From Octopus bimaculoides (lineage: Eukaryota), in the NCBI RefSeq assembly GCF_001194135.2, contig NC_068988.1, positions 22,082,390 through 22,125,370 of the forward strand: 42,981 nucleotides of DNA, given 5' to 3'. Each line of letters opens with the position of its first letter. Position 1 is the first letter of the stretch. Both the position numbers and the translations under genes were made by a program. Below, in pieces: positions 1 to 9,679 of this stretch. Under the pieces are notes generated by a model. The model saw nothing but the letters and a program-made list of their open reading frames with translations. It made no database searches and was not told the DNA's origin.

Positions 1-77
1 GGGCAGCAAAAAAAAACCTATTTATATATGCTCCACAGGGGAAAACAAGGAACATAGTTTACAACGAGGTGTTATAA
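1..77 (+). pseudogene. C-terminal end of a Helitron RepHel (Pif1-like) helicase ORF; body lies upstream of the window
   Basis: Frame from nt 3 reads ..KKNLFIYAPQGKTRNIVYNEVL* (TAA 75-77). Removing one A from the A9 run gives GSKKNLFIYAPQGKTRNIVYNEVL*, the typical Helitron helicase terminus. Too short for the ORF track. Confidence 0.75.
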
Positions 78-182
78 TCACAACAGCAAGAAAGTATGTA
101 CATGATCTCCTTCTTTTACGAAACTTCATTGACTTTCATATATTTATATTGATATACATATATATACGTGTGTGTATATACA

Positions 183-273
183 TCTCTATATATAAAGATG
201 ATGCGTAGTCTAGACGGCGTTTTTAGATTTCATTATTCTCTTTAACCCGGGCAACGCCGGGTATTTCTGCTAG
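183..273 (+). mobile_element. Helitron terminal module / 91-bp mini-Helitron
   Basis: A|TCTCTATATATAAAG start (183); hairpin ACCCGG-gcaacg-CCGGGT (245-262); CTAG|T end (270-273, T274). All are canonical Helitron terminal signals, with no TSD. Confidence 0.8.
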
Positions 274-1687
274 TTAAATATAAAACAATGTTTCCAAATA
301 AGAATGACTGATTAGTGTACCAAACAACGCACCACCCCACCAACCACCAATCAGTCATGTGATTAGTTAGGGCTTATTGTCCAAACTTTGTCACCAATGC
401 ACTTCATATTTAGTGCCCAGCCTATCTAACATAAGTAGATACGAGCAAGCTGGTTTGAATCGCAGCTGTGAACAGTGACAATACAATATGAATGACATAC
501 GTTTCACTAGCTTGCAGTGTTGAATTCCTTTCATTGTCTTCGATTTACATAGCGACGCGAGTGTTAACAACATTCTTGGCTAAATCTATATGTTATCTCC
601 GCCACTCGAGAATGGAGTGGATTCCAGAATGAATAATCTCTTTATATCTACACAGTAAATTTAGCCCTTAAGGGTTACGTATTTTTAGCCTGAAACAAAA
701 CGAATGGATTTACAAACATCATTTAGATGGAACGTATTTCCAATCCATACATTAATATCTCTTACCATTGAGTGTCACGTGTAATTATCGATCCAAACGT
801 AAAGTTGTGTGATTATATTGTGAATTTAATGTACAGCTCCTCTCACCGGTATTTTAAATCAGTTAGTGCATAAAGCAAAACATAAACGTAGTCACCATAA
901 AACTGCTACGTTATGTTTAAAACAACGTTCATTAAAGGGGTATTAGATACTTTTAATGCAAATTTGTTTTTATACAAACACATAAAGAAATAAACCGAAA
1001 GCGTTTCTATTCTAAATTTCTGTGATGTCATTTTTATACCTCTAAGAACGTTAACCATTTTCCTGATTTCAAAGGCAGATAAAAATTGAATAAACTGAGG
1101 GATATATCATATAAACGAGGAAAGAATGTGAGTAGGAAGTGGTGGGAAAAAAAGTTATTTAGTAGAAATATAAACTTGCATTCAGAAATGATATAAGCAT
1201 TTAATTTAAAATGGTCGTATGGTTTTTGATATGTTTATAAATGTAAACCAAGTGATATTTGTAAAGTGTTTTATGACACGGTTGATAATGCAGATCTCTA
1301 TGAAATAGACTCTGGTAAAAAAAGTGATCTCTGACTAACCATCTGGACTTCCTGTTATTTCTCTTTGCACTACAAAACTTCACAAATGTGGCTAACCGAC
1401 ATTCTAACCTATAGTAATAAAAAAAATCCTCCCTTAGAATCTTGCAGTTTTTATTTGAAAAAAATCTTTTTCTCTGTAAACATTATTCAAGGCGTTGAGT
1501 TCCAGATATCAGCGATAGAATATCACCGAAGCCACGTTTCTGTTCTATAGTGAAAATACATGTTTAAATAATTTGGAAATATACTTATGTTTTACCTTCT
1601 AAATGCGAGACCTCAATAGTAAGGTTTGCTGCGCATTTGTGCATAAAATTATTTCTATCCTATTATTCATTAATATATATACATAGA

Positions 1688-2863
1688 CACGAGAGAAGTA
1701 AATAGACATCCTTATAATCATTAAAATTTATTTAAATCCAAAATTATACATTCAATTTATTTATTGTTATAATGTGAATATTTAATATTTAGTAGACATG
1801 CCCTTTGCATTTTTCAAGGCAAGGACCCTATAAGGCATGCTGCTGATCAGATGAAGAATATTTGCTTGCGGAATTTCTTGCCAAGTTTCATGCTGTAATC
1901 TAAAAAGATCTGACTTTGAAGATTCTTTCTTGTTCTTTTTATGTAGTACCCTGTCCATTATCCTCTAGAAGTGTTTAATAGGGTTCATATCTGGTGACTG
2001 CCTTGGTGACGGAAGCTTTCTAATGCCATTCTCATTCAACAAATCCTGGGGCATCTTAGCCGTGTGAAAAGAAGCCCCATAAAGAGTCTTTAATCATTTC
2101 AGTGCAATATGGATTCATATTTATCTGCGTTTATGTTTCCCTCACACTCCGCCAACTCTGACCAACCACTGCTCCAAATTGCTGCCCAGACCATCACAGA
2201 ATAGCTGCTGTGTTACATTGCTGGCTGCAATTGTTTCACATCAAATTTTTGATTACAGAGTTTCCAGACCCACCGCTCGACTACTGTCAGGAAATACAAC
2301 AAATCTGGACTCATAAGAGAATATGGCAGATTCCTAAATTGCTAGTGGCCTCACCACCATCTCGCTGGCCCAATCTTTTCTCCGCTTGATGTTGGCGTGT
2401 TGAAGAAGTGGCTTCCTTCTTGATGCTCTGTCATAGTAACCAAATTTGTGGTGATACCTGGCAGCTGTTCTTGTGCTATGCCAGAGGTCTTGCAACGAGG
2501 ATTATCCTCTACTCTTCTCTTATGAAAAATAAGGGCTCTGTTAGAGGGCCCTGGTTGATCTGGGAAAGGTGATGTGATCTCCTCTTCTCTGGTGAATTGC
2601 ACACACACTTTATTAACTGTAGAAAGCGAGATCTCATTATTTTCTGAGATTTTACGCTGAATATGTCCACCTTCAGGGTGACCCACAACACAGTCTCATT
2701 GAAATTCAGACAGTTCCAAGGCTTATTTTGTACATGGTATGATTAAACAGTCACATATAGAATCTGAAACATAAAAATGTCAATCAATAAAAAATATAAA
2801 CCTTTACAAGTTAGAATAAACATGAAACGATGGTTTATGGGGTATCTATTTGCTTCTGTCATG
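1688..2863 (-). mobile_element. Decayed Tc1-family DNA transposon, near full length
   Basis: Transposase remnant flanked by degenerate inverted repeats: CACGAGAGAAGTAAATAGACATCC (1688-1711) versus reverse complement of 2839-2863, CATGACAGAAGCAAATAGATACCCC. Confidence 0.8.
1782..2735 (-). pseudogene. Tc1-like transposase pseudogene (stops, frameshifts, internal deletion)
   Basis: Across frames: ELSEFQ*DCVVGHPEGGHIQRKISENNEISLSTVNKV (HTH); FSYESRF (=FSDESRF); [25 protein letters not shown]; YGASFHTAK; SPRQSPDMNPIKHF*; ..SMPYRVLALKNAKGMSTKY*. Catalytic D/D/E positions read Y/Y/K. Confidence 0.9.
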
Positions 2864-3010
2864 CTTGTGCATTTATATGTATATTTGTTTCTTTTTATAT
2901 AGTATTTGATCACATGACATGTGGTAGAACTAACGATGAGATCATAAGTTCAACCCCTTTTGGAAAAGAATATATACAACATCTATGATAAATATATATT
3001 TTTTCTTTTG

Positions 3011-3078
<68 letters not shown>

Positions 3079-3090
3079 CCTATCTATCTA
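3011..3090. repeat. (TCTA)n microsatellite
   Basis: About 20 near-perfect units seen directly. Confidence 0.97.
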
Positions 3091-3565
3091 TCGATAATCT
3101 GGCTAGAATCCTTATGTAGAAAAATATTTATTGACCCTTTGTTTCTCTCTCTATTTCGCATCTTAGAAAGAAACATTTATAAGCTAATGAAGTTCATGAC
3201 AATTCCTTACTCTATTGTCATTTTAATCTCTTATATCCTCACCGAGTCATTCAGATTTATAGGGCAGGTTTCCTGGTTTTCTTGGCACACACATTTCTCC
3301 CCCTTACCGGGGTTCCTTCGCAGGATTGTTTANNNNNNNNNNNNNNNNNNNNNNNNNNNNNNNNNNNNNNNNNNNNNNNNNNNNNNNNNNNNNNNNNNNN
3401 NNNNNNNNNNNNNNNNNNNNNNNNNNNNNNNNNNNNNNNNNNNNNNNNNNNNNNNNNNNNNNNNNNNNNNNNNNNNNNNNNNNNNNNNNNNNNNNNNNNN
3501 NNNNNNNNNNNNNNNNNNNNNNNNNNNNNNNNNNNNNNNNNNTATATATATATATATATATATAT

Positions 3566-3714
3566 GTTTTTCTCCTTGTCTCGGTATTCTTTCTGTTGAA
3601 GAGCGTAGCTCGAAACGTCAAAGACTTTCCGTATTCCCGAGCGTCATACTAATATATACTTTTGTTATTTACACCACCTGTCCTCGTCTGTTGTTATTTT
3701 TTGTATATTCTCCC
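3566..3714 (+). mobile_element. Penelope-like element terminal repeat (pLTR) fragment, family P1, bounded by (TA)n
   Basis: Contains a hammerhead-like fold. Clearly homologous to 17005-17140 (minus), e.g. GAAACGT..GACTTT..ATTCCCGAGCG..ATACTAATA..TACACCA.CTGTC.TCG.CTG.TGTT. The PLE assignment rests on the known hammerhead/pLTR association. Confidence 0.7.
3588..3624 (+). ncRNA. Minimal type I hammerhead-ribozyme-like fold (A6U core variant)
   Basis: TCTTT (stem I) CTGTTGA A GAG-cgtag-CTC (stem II) GAA ACGT (palindromic stem III) C(17) AAAGA (stem I partner). GUC cleavage triplet. Confidence 0.6.
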
Positions 3715-3764
3715 ATATATATATATATACACACACATGCGGGGTATTTCAAATAATTTGATAT

Positions 3765-3991
3765 CTACATTATTTACATTTGACGGATATATGTCCTCAT
3801 CTTGTTGTTAACACAACGTTGCAGGTGATATATCCTCCAGCCTTCAACAGATGTCTTGGGGAAATATAAGGCTGGAAGGTATATCAGCCGAAACGTTGTG
3901 TTAACAACAAACAAGATGAGGACAAATATTCGTCAAATGTAATTGATGTGAAAAATGTCTATAATTTCTCATCTCTTAAATATTGAGCTGA
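3765..3991. mobile_element. Penelope-like foldback insertion (inverted pLTR arms), family P2
   Basis: Arms 3774-3844 and 3868-3942 are near-perfect reverse complements with a 23-bp spacer. The insertion is flanked by the direct repeat AATTTGATAT (3755-3764 and 3992-4001). Confidence 0.75.
3811..3854 (-). ncRNA. Degenerate hammerhead-like fold in the left arm of the foldback
   Basis: Minus strand: ACAT CTGTTGA A GGCTG-gaggatatat-CACCT GCA ACGT T GTGT. The right arm keeps the intact version GGCTG..CAGCC GAA ACGT T GTGT but lacks the core. Confidence 0.5.
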
Positions 3992-4387
3992 AATTTGATA
4001 TTTCGAAGTCTAATAACTTTGCCAGTTCTTGTTCAAATGACTTCAAATTTTAACTGCCTGTGTAGAAGCAGATGAAACCTGTATGCTTAATGTTTGATAT
4101 GTTTATATTTTCTCGTATAGAAATGGCATTCAATGGAAGAGAAAAAGCGTTTTGTGTGTTGGAGTATTCTGGAACACAGTCGAACAAGACTGTGCAACAT
4201 GCATTTGTGAGAGAGTTCTCTAAAAAGTCACCAAGAGCTCACCAGTGCCCAATAGTCTATTCACCCTCGAAACGAATTTGGATCGCTGGCCTGAACATAT
4301 ACAAATAGTTTAATATCTATCTGATGTATAACAGTATCGCTGAAGTCAAACAACATTCCAGTTTTATATACTTATATAATGGGGAAT

Positions 4388-4430
4388 ACGGCACTGATGA
4401 GCAGAAATAACTGCGAATTGGCGGTAACTG
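4388..4430 (+). ncRNA. Hammerhead-like core, probably another Penelope-type repeat
   Basis: CTGATGA (4394-4400) GCAG-aaataa-CTGC GAA (4415-4417). Canonical core and perfect stem II; stems I and III imperfect. Confidence 0.45.
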
Positions 4431-4634
4431 TCTTTCTTGTTGAGTCTGCAGCGATCCGTTTTGCTAGGGTAAGAAGTGTACGGTGCTTTTTAACATGCTA
4501 CGTATTTAAGGGGAGTCTTCCTGGGAGGAAATACCAAAAACATATAACAACACACATAAATTATGTGACATTGATAATTTTGATATAATAGAGCTGATTC
4601 TAGCACAAGATGTGTCAATTGTAGAAACAACAAA

Positions 4635-4851
4635 GGCGGTGAGCTGGCAGAATCGTTAGCACTCGGGAAAAATATTTAGCGGCATTTCGTCTGCCGTTAC
4701 GTTCTGAGTTCAAATTCCGCCAAGGTCGACTTTGCTTTTTATTCTTTCAGGACCAATGAAATAAGTTCTAGTTAAGTAGTGGGGTCAGTGTAATCCACTT
4801 GTCTCCTCCAGCAAATTTCAGGCTATGTGCCTTTAATGGAAAGCATTATTA
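4635..4851 (+). mobile_element. SINE family B, full-length copy
   Basis: GGCGGTGAGCTGGCAGAATCGTTAGC head with B-box-like GAGTTCAAATTCC. More than 12 homologous copies in the window. Confidence 0.9.
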
Positions 4852-5417
4852 GTAGTAATAGTTTTGGTACTACTAGTATAGTTATAATTGTTAAAGAAAA
4901 TTAATCGTGACTATAATGATGTCGGATGTGTTTTGTCGTCGTTGTCGACGGCGATTTCTTTTTTCTTACGTTATTACTGAAATAGTTAGCGATGTGATAA
5001 ATAAGATATCAGATGGAAGAACCATTCAACCATTTAATAATATTTAAAAAAAGCTGTTAAATTCACTTTAAATGCTAAATTCTATTTGATGAGGTGTCAA
5101 AATTTTTGTTTCACAACTGAAAACTAATCACTCACATGGAACTGCCTTCAGCGATCAGGTTGCAGTTGTATAGCAAAAAAGAATCGGATAACTCAGGAAA
5201 TAAACTTAAAATTTAAATTGAATTTAACAACTTTTTGTGTTTTCAATGTCCTGAATAGCACGTCCATGTGTTAGTTGCTCTAGTTCAAATCTCTTCCTTG
5301 ACAAATACTATTCCGAAATAAGTTACTCTTGTTGGGAATGTGGTGGCAGAAGTGGTTGCGACCCTATTGAATACACAGTAATTCCTCGCGATATCCCGGT
5401 CCACCTATCACGGTTTA

Positions 5418-5772
5418 GTATTTAAGCTTACGTCGATTCTCTCCGTGATGTTGTTTTGCATTTATAATGAAATAAATACATAAAAATTATAAAAATACNN
5501 NNNNNNNNNNNNNNNNNNNNNNNNNNNNNNNNNNNNNNNNNNNNNNNNNNNNNNNNNNNNNNNNNNNNNNNNNNNNNNNNNNNNNNNNNNNNNNNNNNNN
5601 NNNNNNNNNNNNNNNNNNNNNNNNNNNNNNNNNNNNNNNNNNNNNNNNNNNNNNNNNNNNNNNNNNNNNNNNNNNNNNNNNNNNNNNNNNNGTATTTAAG
5701 CTTACGTCGATTCTCTCCGTGATGTTGTTTTGCATTTATAATGAAATAAATACATAAAAATTATAAAAATAC
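5418..5772. other. 81-bp exact duplication flanking an N-gap (probable contig overlap artefact)
   Basis: 5418-5498 is identical to 5692-5772, each abutting gap 5499-5691. Confidence 0.85.
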
Positions 5773-5823
5773 TTTTTAAGAAATGCAGTACAGTATATTA
5801 TCTCTGCAACAGAAAATAGAGGT

Positions 5824-6030
5824 TTCTAATTTAGGCACAGGATAAGTAAAATCGAGAGGAAAATGCTAGCCGATACCATCTACCCAAGTACTTCACTGGT
5901 ACTTTATTTTATCGTCTCAAAAGGTAAAAGATGTTTTCAGCAGGGTTTGAACTCACAACGTTAAGCACCGAAACATATACCGCAAAACGTTTTATCATAT
6001 CCTCCGACAATTCCTCTAATCCACCCACTC
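5824..6030 (-). mobile_element. SINE family B, old degraded copy
   Basis: ACTGGTACTTTATTTTATCG, GGTTTGAACTCACAACGT and tail TAGGCACAGG match other B copies. Confidence 0.7.
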
Positions 6031-7712
6031 CTTCTCGATGGAAAAAAATAGAAGATAAATGACAAGTCACGTGAATAGTACAAACCGTTCAATACTAATG
6101 ATAGGCTAAAGTTACACATTATTCTAAATCAGGAATTAAAAATACGAAGACGTTTATCACCATTTCTGAGTATAAATAGCTTTCGACTACTAGTCAAAGA
6201 GGGCGACTAGCTACGTGTAAGAATAATTATACTGTACAGCAGGTAATGGTTTCATTTTGTCAGGAGAAGTAAAACCTCGTTAGCTTGATTGAAATACCTT
6301 GGGGAAAAACTTTTGCTTACAGGTCACAATACTTTTGGTGAACGCGGATACCCCTTTTCGCTCCTCTATTTTACATCATATTTCTTTTTTTTTTTTATAA
6401 GCTTGTGGGTTTTAATATAAGTTTGAAACTATCGTATTGATAACTTATAAATATAATTGTAAGGTGTGTTTGCAAATGATGAAAAACAAAAAAAAAATAC
6501 CATTACAGAACACTTAGCATATAAGTATATCTAAAAATGGTGAAAGTAAAGAATACGTACACCCGGTGTTTAGGATTATTCGTAAAATTGCTCAATAACT
6601 GTACTGATGAGATATATATAGAAACGTTCCTCTATACTATAAATGATGCAAATAGATATTAAATGATATAGAAATATACAGCACCGAACTAAATTCTAAT
6701 CTTTCTTTTATGATTTACATTGAGAATTTACATTACAGATAACGAAAGTAAATATATCCTCTTGAAAATTGTTGTAGTTCAGAATACTAAACATTAATTG
6801 GATTCGAAACTTCACTCCATACTTCGACTAAAAATGTAACAACTAAACCATTCTGTAAGAGATAAAACAACAGAAAGAAAATGACTTATAACGTGAATAG
6901 GGCAAGAATTCTATATTAATGTTGAGAAAAATTTAGATATTAGAATTTCAAACTACGAAGTTCGTAACCATTTGTGCGTTGGTAGGAGAACGGAAGTGTC
7001 TGTGTGGTAGAGAAATAGCAGAGAAGTAGGTCCCAGAGGGATAGAGGGAAGAAATTGTATAATCAGGAATGAAACTGTAGTAGTACTAGTAGTAGTAGTA
7101 GTAGTAGTAGTAGCAGATGATAATGTTGATAATGCAGGAAGGGGGAAGTGGAAGATGGAGAAGAAGCGGCGGAGGGGAAGACGAAGAAAACGTTTATCGA
7201 TGCAAGGAAGCATTCATCGTCCATGGACAGAGATCAAAAGTGATCATCAATCATAAACATACAAACTCACAAAGACACACACGGACACGTAGACATACAC
7301 ACACACACATGTAGACACATATGCGCACGCACTAATTGGAGATTCTCATGTACAGATACTGGTATACTATAAAGATATATATATATATACACAGAGAGAG
7401 AAGAAATTATCTTTATTTTCACACACACACACGCGCGCGCGCGCACATACGAGACACATACATAACCGTGCTGATAACTGTTAATCTATACCCTATACAT
7501 CTAGGACAGTTTCAAACCTGGGTATTACCTAAACAACAGATAGTTATCTGTCCCTTATTACTAAGCATGACTCTTGCACATTTATCACTCTTTCTGCTGT
7601 CACCGTCGCCACCACGAGCTCCACCACCACCACCACCACAAAACACCAACAAAACTATACGTCAACTTCAAGAACTTCAACAACAACCATACAAAGAAAA
7701 ATTATACGAAGT

Positions 7713-7850
7713 GTCCGGACCTGCACTCTTTAGAAATGACAGCTAAATCTTAATCTATCAAACATTACTGTCTTATGTAAAGATAATGCATTGTGCAGTA
7801 ATATACAACCGATGGGATGGTCGTGGTTGGAGGCCTTAGGATTTATAGGT
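7713..7850 (+). mobile_element. Dispersed repeat family D (degraded)
   Basis: TAGAAATGACAGCTAAATCTT and GATGGGATGGTC motifs shared with 10124-10345, 17965-18462, 25615-25740 and 33852-34072. Confidence 0.55.
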
Positions 7851-7984
7851 TAGTTTGCTTAGATTTCATATGGGGGAAACAACGAACAGCCTCAATAATA
7901 TCACCAACCAACTTGAACACTACATCTGCCACCAAAGTTACCAACTCCACGTCGCCTCTGTTGCTACTTTCACGGATACCAATA

Positions 7985-8194
7985 TCGGTTTGAAATGTTG
8001 GTACAAGGCCATCACTTTCGGGAGAAAGGATAATTCGATTGCATTGACCCCAGTACTCGACTGGTACTTATTTTATCGGCCCTGAAAGGATGAAAGTCAA
8101 AGTCGATCTCGGTGGAATTTGAACTCAGGGAATGAAGATGGACATGTCGCTAAGAATTTTGTTCGACGCGCTAACGATTCTGCCAGCTGGTGCC
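7985..8194 (-). mobile_element. SINE family B copy
   Basis: Reverse complement matches B from head (GGCACCAGCTGGCAGAATCGTTAGC) to tail (GGCCTTGTACCAACATTTCAAACC). Confidence 0.9.
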
Positions 8195-8324
8195 ATATCA
8201 CGGTTCCCAGGATCGACAACGACATCGCGTCAACATCGGGGATTCTGTCTATACAGGTCTGCGGGATTCTCACTAGCTACAGCTAAGCAATAGAAATAAT
8301 CTTTTTTTTTTCTGACTTTTGGTA

Positions 8325-8480
8325 CAACGTGGTCCGAAAGTCTTGTCACCACGTGTAAATATTGTTTTAATTTTCTATTATCCAGGAGAGGGTTTCACGA
8401 GAGCGATAACAGAATACCCAACAGTTGATGGACGCTGTTTCGGCAGCCTTTGCAACAATCACCAAAGCACAGAACATAGC
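8325..8480 (+). mobile_element. Possible internally deleted mariner/Tc1 remnant
   Basis: TA|CAACGTGGTCCGAAAGTC TIR-like start, followed by QNTQQLMDAVSAAFATITKAQ (8410-8472), which resembles a transposase C-terminal helix. Confidence 0.35.
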
Positions 8481-8570
8481 GCCGCGTCATTTTGTGCCAC
8501 AAAAATGATGGAGTTCATTCAGACTTTCTCGATGTATAACAACGTAAGTGTCAATGAAAGTGAATATATT

Positions 8571-8778
8571 CTTTTCTACTCTAGGCACAATGCCCGAAAT
8601 TTTGGTGGGGTGGGGAGTCGATTAGATCGACCCAGTTCGCAACTGGTACTTAATTTATCCACTCCGAAAGGATGAAAGGCAAAATCGACCTTGGTGGAAT
8701 CGGAACTCAGAATGTAAAGACAGACGAAATACCGCTAAGCATTTTGCCTGGCATGCTAACGTTTCTTCCAGCTCGCCT
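8571..8778 (-). mobile_element. SINE family B copy with 17-bp TSD
   Basis: Full head-to-tail match. Flanked by ATGAAAGTGAATATATT (8554-8570) and ATGAAAGTGATTATATT (8783-8799). Confidence 0.92.
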
Positions 8779-8799
8779 CTTTATGAAAGTGATTATATT

Positions 8800-8906
8800 T
8801 ATTTCTTTATTGTTCACAGGGGACTAAAGATAGAGGGGACAAACAAGGACAGACAAAGAGATTAAGCATTTCGCCTAGCGTGGTAACGTTTCTGCTAGCT
8901 CGTTGC
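8800..8906 (-). mobile_element. SINE family B (alternative-tail subfamily), internally deleted
   Basis: Head GCAACGAGCTAGCAGAAACGTTACCACGCTAGGCGAAATGCTTAA is joined directly to the tail TCTTTGTCTGTCCTTGTTTGTCCCCTCT.., the same tail as 19871-20049 and 29083-29316. Confidence 0.85.
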
Positions 8907-9214
8907 TTTATGAAAGTGAATATATTAAAACCAGTACATGTGTTTGATATTATATTGTTCCTCTATTGTTCTTATTACTTTTCGGTAGGGGTTGACGGGG
9001 CTTTCGGATCACCCTACAGATTACATTGCTCCTGTACTTGGTTGGCACCTATTTCATGGATTCCGAAAACAAGGTGAAGTCAACCTCAGCGGAATATCAG
9101 CTCAGAAGGTCATAAGACGCTAGACATGCCGTTGTTTGATGCACTAATGGATCTACCGTATCACTGCCTTTAATGGTTTTAGATTTTGCCTCAAATGCAG
9201 CAGTTTTAAGGGAG

Positions 9215-9360
9215 TGAACAAGTTGATTACCTCGTCCCCCAATGCTCATCATGTGTATATATATCGGCCCCCTAAAGATTGAAAGGCAAAATTTACATGG
9301 ATGGAATTTGAACTCTGAACGCAAAGAGCCGAAAGAAACTCCACTAAGCATTTGGCCCGA
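9215..9360 (-). mobile_element. SINE family B, degraded and head-truncated
   Basis: GGAATTTGAACTCTGAACG and GAAAGGCAAAAT motifs. A further degraded piece lies at about 9030-9130. Confidence 0.7.
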
Positions 9361-9363
9361 TGT

Positions 9364-9590
9364 GAGGCGCGTGGCTAAGTGATTATTGTGTCGGATCCAT
9401 GATCGTAAGATTGTGGCTTCGATTCCAAGACCAAGCAAAGTATTGTGTTCTTGAGCAAAACTCTTCATTTCACATTATTCCAGTTTCACTCAGCTGGCAA
9501 AAATGAATAATCCTGCGGCGGACCGGTGTCTCGTCCAAGGAGGAACATATACGCACTAGAGACTGTGAGTCTATATGATTCGGGGAGGAG
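9364..9590 (+). mobile_element. tRNA-derived SINE family C
   Basis: A-box-like TGGCTAAGTGA (9372-9382) and B-box-like GGCTTCGATTCC (9415-9426), then TTGAGCAAAACTCTTCATTTC..CAGCTGGCAAAAATGA body. The 3' part recurs at 35873-35970. Confidence 0.8.
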
Positions 9591-9679
9591 CTTTATCTTG
9601 TTTTTGTTTTTATATTTTTATTTTCTTTTGTCAAATGTACAAACGATTTTGCCAACTCGTCGTTTCAACAATAGCTATA

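Larger units (their letters stand above)
3740..4240 (+). mobile_element. Mariner-like transposon 5' remnant, interrupted by the Penelope-like foldback
   Basis: TIR-like start CGGGGTATTTCAAA (3740). ATG 4123 MAFNGREKAFCVLEYSGTQSNKTVQHAFVREFSKKSP resembles the N-terminal HTH (DUF4817-type) of mariner-like transposases. Confidence 0.65.

Noticed and set aside
1100-1400. FFPTTSYSHSF on the minus strand, resembling the hAT dimerisation motif
   Set aside because: Single short motif amid stops; no other hAT features.
5374-5420. Tigger/pogo-like terminal sequence CAGTAATTCCTCGCGATATC (and a weak counterpart near 8197-8250)
   Set aside because: The similarity is from memory only; no convincing matching TIR or ORF.
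6240-6390. Acceptor-like CTTACAG followed by GHNTFGERGYPF
   Set aside because: No donor or homology support.
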